In this document: one piece after another, positions 58,387-64,000 of the stretch
How positions within the stretch are numbered: the stretch's first letter is position 1
Layout: the number at the start of each line of letters is the position of its first letter
Assembly (NCBI GenBank): GCA_028698215.1
Contig: JAQVDY010000006.1
Location: 2,705 to 66,704 of the forward strand
Origin: Actinomycetota bacterium
GTDB taxonomy: Bacteria > Actinomycetota > Humimicrobiia > Humimicrobiales > Humimicrobiaceae
Direction of reading: 5' to 3'
DNA length: 64,000 nucleotides
The notes under the pieces: model-generated
What the model saw: the letters and a program-made list of their open reading frames with translations, nothing else
Database searches by the model: none
Told to the model about the DNA's origin: nothing
Made by a program: the position numbers and the translations under genes

Positions 58387-58448
58387 AATTATGTACTCCT
58401 TTTAAAAAAACCGTTATTATATTTACTTTAAGTAATATTTGCAACTTC

Positions 58449-58802
58449 CTAAGATGAAAGCAACTCCCTTATCTTGGCCTTCAATGGGCCTAAATCTGAG
58501 GACTTGACCAGGTATTCATTGGCCGCCCAGGTGGAAAAATCCTGGGAATATTCTCCATAGGCAGTATAAAGTATTATGGGCACCTTCTTGTCCATCTTCC
58601 TTATCTTATGCATAAGTCCGATGCCGTCTAGGCCCTCCATCTTGATATCTATGGTTATAAGGTCGGGCCTGGCCTGGATATAATACTGGTAACCCTGGTT
58701 ACCGTCCTCTGCCGACCACACCTGGTAGCCCTCTTCGGTAAGCTCAGCCTCATAAAGGTTTCTGAGATTGTCTTCATCTTCCACTATCAGTATTGTTTTC
58801 AT
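58449..58802 (-). CDS. Stand-alone response-regulator receiver domain (CheY-like).
   Basis: A 117-aa REC fold with conserved Asp residues (VEDEDN, TIDIKM). Confidence 0.8.
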   Translation of the reverse strand: MKTILIVEDEDNLRNLYEAELTEEGYQVWSAEDGNQGYQYYIQARPDLITIDIKMEGLDGIGLMHKIRKMDKKVPIILYTAYGEYSQDFSTWAANEYLVKSSDLGPLKAKIRELLSS

Positions 58803-60558
58803 GTTTGCCTCCGGCTTCAGGCAATTTTATGGTAAAAATAGTATTATCCTTTTTGCTGTAAACGTCAATTTCTCCCTTATGCTCGGTTATCAATGTTTTG
58901 GTAATGGCCAGGCCCAGGCCGGTGCCTTCCTTCTTGGTAGAATAAAAGGGAAGAAATATCTTATCTATATCCCCCTTTTCAATAATGGAGCCCCTGTTTC
59001 TGATACGGACCTCGGCCCACCCTGCCTTGCTGCCTACCTGGATGCTTATCTTCTCCCCGCTATAGGATGCCTCTATGGAGTTCTTGATCAGGTTTATAAA
59101 AGCCTGCTTAAGTTTTTCCGGAGACCCTTTCACCCATAACTCCTGGCCCGGAGGCAGGCCAGAGCTTACATCAATTTCCAGCTTGCGGTCCCGGGCATAG
59201 GCCCCGGTTATCTGTACGCATTGGGCCAGGATATGGCCCAGGCTTATTACCTTTAGCTCTTCTTTTTTTCCGCTATGGCTGTACTGCAGGGTCTGGTTTA
59301 CTATATTTTCCAGCCGCTCTACCTCCTGTATAATTATATCCATGCTTTCAGTATCAGTTTTGGCTCCCTTAAAGTGATCTTTTCTAAGCCTCCGGGCATA
59401 ACCTCCAATAGCGGCTAATGGATTCCTGATTTCATGGGCTACATGAGCCGCAAATTCACCCAGCTGGGCTAATTTTTTTAAACCCTCCAGGGTTTCTTCC
59501 AGATGCACCCTTTCCGTAATGTCATCCATAATAATTATAATGCCTTCAGTTTGGGACTGGCTGTCCTTTAGAATGGACAGGTTCAGGTTACAAATTTTGC
59601 TGCCGTGGCCCAGGTCCGCTTCTACCCTGCTAAGGGTACGGTTTTTATCAGCTTTTATTACTTTTTTTAACAGCCTTTTTATGTTTCTGCCCCTGATTTT
59701 TAAATTAGCTGCAGCCACCGGCCTGCCTAACAGCTGCTGCCTGGTGGCTGACAGCATACGGCAAAAACTAAAATTGCAGGCATTGATGTTAAATTCTGTA
59801 TCTAGTACACAGATTCCAATAGGGATATTTTGCAGTATGTTTTCATTGTATTCCTTTAAGTATCTTATCTTTTCATTGACTTTAACCAGCCGGTTAACTA
59901 TATGTTTTAGGTCATGGTAAGCATTGGCATTCTCTATAGCCAGGGCTGCCTGCTGGCTTAGCATGCCTAAAAAACTTATGTCTTCTGCAGTAATCTCCCT
60001 GCGGTTATATTTGTTATCCACTATCATCAATCCCAAACGGCGGTTAAAGGAAGCCAAAGGGATAATACAGAACTTACCGTAATCTATAAAAGAGAGCAGC
60101 TGCGGCTCAACTTTACCCTGGAATCCAGGCTGGTCTATATCAACATTTATAACTTTGTTTTTATGGTATGCCTGGGCAGCCAGCTTTCCGGAGTCAAGGC
60201 CGATTTTAATATATTTTATTTGCCGGTCCAGTTCGGAACTATAGCCCTTCTGGCAGCTGTCATGGTTCAGGAAATCTTCCAAGGAGCAATTTATTTGCTT
60301 TATATGCTGCCATATACGGTGGGCATCCTGGTAACTGTCCGGCCCTACCGCCAACCTGCCTTCCAAATATTTTTGGCTGCTGTCTGCTAAAAAAAGATAG
60401 GCCCGGTTAAACCCGAATCCATCCCCGAAAGTAACTCCGGTAAGGATAGTGCGTAAAATCCGGGGCAGGTCCAGGGTAGAGGAAACATACTTGGATATTA
60501 AATACAGTATATTAAGTTTCCTTAAGGTAGAACTTTCTTCATTTTCCCTTATTTTCAT
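58774..60558 (-). CDS. Cytoplasmic sensor histidine kinase (GAF, PAS, HisKA, HATPase_c) with no TM segments.
   Basis: The H-box is HVAHEIRNPLAAI, and the G2 box is GTGLGLAI. The start overlaps glgA by 20 nt, and the end overlaps the REC gene by 29 nt. Confidence 0.8.
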   Translation of the reverse strand: MKIRENEESSTLRKLNILYLISKYVSSTLDLPRILRTILTGVTFGDGFGFNRAYLFLADSSQKYLEGRLAVGPDSYQDAHRIWQHIKQINCSLEDFLNHDSCQKGYSSELDRQIKYIKIGLDSGKLAAQAYHKNKVINVDIDQPGFQGKVEPQLLSFIDYGKFCIIPLASFNRRLGLMIVDNKYNRREITAEDISFLGMLSQQAALAIENANAYHDLKHIVNRLVKVNEKIRYLKEYNENILQNIPIGICVLDTEFNINACNFSFCRMLSATRQQLLGRPVAAANLKIRGRNIKRLLKKVIKADKNRTLSRVEADLGHGSKICNLNLSILKDSQSQTEGIIIIMDDITERVHLEETLEGLKKLAQLGEFAAHVAHEIRNPLAAIGGYARRLRKDHFKGAKTDTESMDIIIQEVERLENIVNQTLQYSHSGKKEELKVISLGHILAQCVQITGAYARDRKLEIDVSSGLPPGQELWVKGSPEKLKQAFINLIKNSIEASYSGEKISIQVGSKAGWAEVRIRNRGSIIEKGDIDKIFLPFYSTKKEGTGLGLAITKTLITEHKGEIDVYSKKDNTIFTIKLPEAGGKHENNTDSGR

Positions 60559-62020
60559 TTTTGGCAGAAAGATAAAGTTGCTGGTAGCTTGCTGCTGAAC
60601 TCTTCCAGGAAAAATCCTTGCTCATTCCGTTTACCATGATCCTTTTCCACTGGGCTGGGTCCTGGTAAAAAGAAAGGGCAGACTTTAAGGCTTCCAGCAT
60701 ATGGCTGGTGGAATAGGGTGAGAATTTAAACCCGGTGCCTCCCGCCGCTATATCCTGCTGGCTGCTTATGCCCTGTATGGTATCAGACAAGCCCCCCGTA
60801 TCCCTGACCACCGGAACAGTGCCATATCTCAGGCTGATTAGCTGCCCCAGGCCGCAGGGCTCATAAAGGGAAGGCATCAAAAACATATCGCACCCGGAAT
60901 AAATAAGGCGGGCCAGTTTATCGCTATAGGCAATATTTACGCTCAGCTTCCCTTTATACTTGCGGTTATAGTCCTGTAAAAGCTTCTGGTAATGCTGGTC
61001 ACCTGTTCCCAGCACTATTAGCCTAAATCCCATATCCAGGATACTTTCCAAAGCTTCCACCACTAAATCCAGCCCTTTTTGGGCTGATAGCCTGGACACT
61101 ATGCCTACCAGGGGAGCTTTATCCGGTTCCCGGTTAAAATAATTTTTCAACAGGTATTTCTTGCATTCCGTTTTTCCTTGCAGGTTGCTTTTACTGTACC
61201 TGGTACACAGGTTCTGGTCCCTTTGTGGATCCCATAATTGGTAATCTATGCCGTTTACGATACCGGTTAAATCCTTTCGCCTGGATTTTAAAACCCCTTC
61301 CAGTTTTTCCCCGTACAGGGAGGTCAATATCTCCTGAGCATAGGTAGGGCTCACCGTGGTTATCTTATCCGAAAACACTATGCCTCCCTTCATGAAATTT
61401 ACCTGGCCAAAGAACTCCAGCCTATCGGTAGAAAAATATTCCTTTTCCAGGCCTATCATATCCAGCACCCGGCTGCTGTAAATTCCCTGATACGCCAGGT
61501 TGTGGATGGTAAACACGGTAGAAGTAGAGCTGAAAAATTCTTTTTCCAGGAAATTAGATTCCCTTATCTGGTGAAGGTATACGCTTACCAATGCGCTGTG
61601 GTAATCATTTAAATGGATAATGTCCGGAGCCAGGTCCAGCTCTTCCAATGCTGCCAGCACTGCTTTGGAAAAAAAGGCAAACCTTAAAGGATTGTCCCTG
61701 TAGTCTCCCTTGGGAGTGCCGTAAATGTAGTTGCGGTCAAAAAAACGGTCGTTTTTTATAAATATAAACCGTATACCCTGCTCGCTGCCTTCCAAAAGAT
61801 CATAAAACTCTTCCTGAAAATCATTCATGGCCACATTCAAGCCCTGCTTTATGGCCTTAAACTGATGTTGACCGCTAAAAATACGGGGGTAGAAAGGCAT
61901 AACCACCACACACTCTAACCCCTGTTGGGTAAGGGCAGCAGGCAGGGCCCCTACCACATCCGCCATGCCCCCGGTTTTAGCAAAGGGTACCGCTTCTGTA
62001 GAACACATGGCAGTCAGCAT
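60539..62020 (-). CDS. glgA: Glycogen synthase (ADP-glucose type).
   Basis: The segment FAKTGGMADVVGALP contains the KTGGL-type motif. Size is 493 aa. Confidence 0.9.
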   Translation of the reverse strand: MLTAMCSTEAVPFAKTGGMADVVGALPAALTQQGLECVVVMPFYPRIFSGQHQFKAIKQGLNVAMNDFQEEFYDLLEGSEQGIRFIFIKNDRFFDRNYIYGTPKGDYRDNPLRFAFFSKAVLAALEELDLAPDIIHLNDYHSALVSVYLHQIRESNFLEKEFFSSTSTVFTIHNLAYQGIYSSRVLDMIGLEKEYFSTDRLEFFGQVNFMKGGIVFSDKITTVSPTYAQEILTSLYGEKLEGVLKSRRKDLTGIVNGIDYQLWDPQRDQNLCTRYSKSNLQGKTECKKYLLKNYFNREPDKAPLVGIVSRLSAQKGLDLVVEALESILDMGFRLIVLGTGDQHYQKLLQDYNRKYKGKLSVNIAYSDKLARLIYSGCDMFLMPSLYEPCGLGQLISLRYGTVPVVRDTGGLSDTIQGISSQQDIAAGGTGFKFSPYSTSHMLEALKSALSFYQDPAQWKRIMVNGMSKDFSWKSSAASYQQLYLSAKNENKGK

Positions 62021-62153
62021 CAGGCAACCTCCTTTTATAGTTAACTTAATCCTATTATTACTCTAACTGTTTTAAATGTGAAATGTAAAAAAAGTTTAAT
62101 TGCTTTTGCCCTTCATCTTTGATAATTTTAATAAAAAGCAACTTTTACCATTT

Positions 62154-64000
62154 ATGAGAAATAAAATACCAACCTTGCTAACCGAAGATGATATCTACCT
62201 GTTCAATGAAGGAAACCATTTCCGGCTTTATGAAAAATTAGGGGCACATGCCTTACAGGACGGCTATTATTTTGCCCTGTGGGCTCCCAATGCCCAAAAG
62301 GTATCGGTGTTTGGGGATTTTAACCAGTGGAACAAGGAAGGCTTTCCCCTGCAGCCCAGGTCAAATTCAGGCATTTGGGAAGGGTATGTGCCAGGCCTGC
62401 CTGCAGGAAGCCTGTACAAATTCCATATTATATCCCGCTATAACGGCTATGAGGTAGACAAGGCTGACCCTTTTGGCTTTTGCTTTGAACAACCTCCCCG
62501 CACCGCAGCAGTAACCACTAATTTTGATTACCGCTGGCAGGACCAGGATTGGGAACAGCAGAGACCCAGGGTAAACAGCCTGGATTCACCCTGGGCGGTC
62601 TACGAGCTCCACCTGGGCTCCTGGGCCAGAAAGGGGGAGCATAACCAATGGTTTACCTACCGGGAGCTGGCCCCTATGCTGGCAGACTATATTAAACGTA
62701 CCCATTTTACCCATGTGGAATTCATGCCGGTAATGGAGCATCCTTTTTACGGCTCCTGGGGTTATCAGATTACCGGTTTTTTCAGCCCTACTTCCCGCTA
62801 TGGAAGCCCGGAAGATTTTATGTATTTGATAGATTACCTGCACCAGCAGGGCATAGGGGTAATATTGGACTGGGTCCCCTCCCATTTTCCTGCCGATCAG
62901 CACGGGCTGGGTTTTTTTGATGGTACCCACCTCTACGAACATGCCGATACCAAAAAAGGGCTGCACCCAGACTGGGACTCCCTGATATTTAACTATGGCC
63001 GCAATGAGGTCCAGTCTTTTCTGGTAAGCAATGCTTTTTTCTGGCTGGAAAAATATCATATAGACGGCCTGAGGCTGGATGCAGTGGCTTCCATGCTATA
63101 TTTGGATTATTCCAGGAAAGAAGGCCAGTGGATCCCCAACCAGTATGGGGGAAATGAAAACCTGGAAGCCATTGATTTCTTGCGCAAGCTCAACACCCAG
63201 GTATATGAACACTATCCCCATGTCCAGACCATAGCCGAAGAGTCCACCTCCTGGCCCATGGTTTCCAGGCCTACCTATGTAGGCGGATTGGGGTTTGGGC
63301 TAAAATGGGATATGGGTTGGATGCACGATACCATAGAATACTTTAAAAAAGACCCGGTTTACCGCAAGCATCACCAGGACTTACTTACTTTCCGCATGAT
63401 TTATGCCTTTCAGGAAAACTTTATGCTGGCCTTGTCCCACGATGAAGTGGTGCATGGAAAGGGTTCCATGCTGGGCAAGATGCCTGGTGACTACTGGCAG
63501 AAATTTGCAAATTTAAGGCTGCTGCTGGCCTATATGTATACCCAGCCCGGAAAGAAAATGCTGTTTATGGGCATAGAGCTGGGCCAATGGTCGGAATGGG
63601 ACCATGAAAAAAGCCTGGATTGGAGCCTGCTGGATTACGAGGCTCACCAGAAATTAAACCGGCTGGTAAGCGATCTTAACAGCCTGTATAGGAATGAACC
63701 TGCACTGCATCAGCTGGATTTTTCCTATCAGGGCTTTTGCTGGGTAGACTGCAGCGATTACATGTCCAGCGTAATCTCTTACCTGCGCCAGGGAAAAGAT
63801 AATTCGCAGGTAATGCTAATAGCTGCTAATTTTACTCCGGTAATCAGGGAAGGATACCGCCTGGGAGTACCCCTTGAGGGATACTGGCAGGAGATAGTTA
63901 ATACTGACTCCCAGGATTATGGGGGCAGCAATGTGGGCAATCTGGGGGGACAAAAAAGCCGTGCTATCCCCTATCACGGCCAGCCCTGCTCCGTTAACCT
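62154..64000 (+). CDS. glgB: 1,4-alpha-glucan branching enzyme, N-terminal ~615 aa. It is partial and continues beyond the window.
   Basis: Frame-0 translation from the ATG at 62154 gives a CBM48 region followed by a GH13 catalytic domain (GFFSPTSRYGSPEDFMYLID...DGLRLDAVASMLY). It has no stop before position 64000, and is missing from the ORF track only because it leaves the window. Confidence 0.85.
   Translation, partial: MRNKIPTLLTEDDIYLFNEGNHFRLYEKLGAHALQDGYYFALWAPNAQKVSVFGDFNQWNKEGFPLQPRSNSGIWEGYVPGLPAGSLYKFHIISRYNGYEVDKADPFGFCFEQPPRTAAVTTNFDYRWQDQDWEQQRPRVNSLDSPWAVYELHLGSWARKGEHNQWFTYRELAPMLADYIKRTHFTHVEFMPVMEHPFYGSWGYQITGFFSPTSRYGSPEDFMYLIDYLHQQGIGVILDWVPSHFPADQHGLGFFDGTHLYEHADTKKGLHPDWDSLIFNYGRNEVQSFLVSNAFFWLEKYHIDGLRLDAVASMLYLDYSRKEGQWIPNQYGGNENLEAIDFLRKLNTQVYEHYPHVQTIAEESTSWPMVSRPTYVGGLGFGLKWDMGWMHDTIEYFKKDPVYRKHHQDLLTFRMIYAFQENFMLALSHDEVVHGKGSMLGKMPGDYWQKFANLRLLLAYMYTQPGKKMLFMGIELGQWSEWDHEKSLDWSLLDYEAHQKLNRLVSDLNSLYRNEPALHQLDFSYQGFCWVDCSDYMSSVISYLRQGKDNSQVMLIAANFTPVIREGYRLGVPLEGYWQEIVNTDSQDYGGSNVGNLGGQKSRAIPYHGQPCSVN

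Noticed and set aside
62248-63059. ORF-track entries 62248-62457 (+) and 62586-63059 (-).
   Set aside because: Both lie inside or out of frame with the clearly homologous glgB reading frame that starts at 62154. They are spurious.
1-64000. A search for CRISPR arrays, IS/transposase genes, integrases and phage genes.
   Set aside because: None found. There are no short regularly spaced direct repeats and no transposase- or integrase-like translations. The only repeats are the intragenic 897-bp adhesin repeat and the duplicated ~90-nt element.

Overview
This 64 kb window is bacterial chromosome from a likely strict anaerobe. Coding density is high, the genes are almost all on the minus strand, and the comEA-comEC-holA/rpsT and obg-proBA-nadD-yqeK-rsfS-leuS gene orders resemble Firmicutes or candidate phyla. 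No IS elements or CRISPR arrays were seen.

Three parts stand out.

(1) The 5' end (1-2261, minus) is the N-terminal part of a very large secreted surface protein. It has SpaA/Cna-B-like prealbumin-fold repeats and two near-identical 897-bp tandem units. Next to it is a short AT-rich intergenic stretch with two paralogous ~90-nt terminator-bearing elements that look like small RNAs.

(2) Coordinates ~3.1-21.9 kb form one long co-directional gene array. It starts with fhs-folD, runs through a bacterial microcompartment (BMC) locus, and ends in an unusual downstream module. The BMC locus has 4 BMC-P, 2 BMC-H and 2 PduT-like BMC-T shell genes, a PduS/RnfC-like Fe-S flavoprotein, a class II aldolase with a C-terminal encapsulation peptide, a CoA-acylating aldehyde dehydrogenase and a PduL phosphotransacylase (both with N-terminal encapsulation peptides), a DeoR regulator, and an antisense BlaI/CopY-type regulator. 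The downstream module encodes LarA lactate racemase, a GlcD-like FAD lactate dehydrogenase, a GlcF/HdrD-like CCG Fe-S subunit, a lipoyl-lysine-containing GcvH-like protein, a RACo-type ferredoxin-ASKHA reductive activase homolog, and an orphan amino-acid-type binding protein. This aldolase-type metabolosome coupled to a lactate racemase/dehydrogenase plus an H-protein/RACo-like electron-transfer module is the most likely undescribed system in the window.

(3) The remainder is housekeeping:
- translation and envelope: lepA, murJ, rpsT, holA, comEC/comEA, leuS, rsfS, an LCP protein, yqeK, nadD, proAB, obg, rplU-rpmA;
- tRNA-related: tRNA-Pro(CGG), dus;
- cofactor and nucleotide: coaX, folBK-folP-folE, hpt, tilS;
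- protease: ftsH.
It also holds an atypically organised glycogen region. glgA is translationally coupled to a cytoplasmic GAF-PAS histidine kinase, an orphan receiver and a GalT-like HIT transferase, and glgB is transcribed divergently.

All calls rest on reading the translations and the DNA. No database searches were run.
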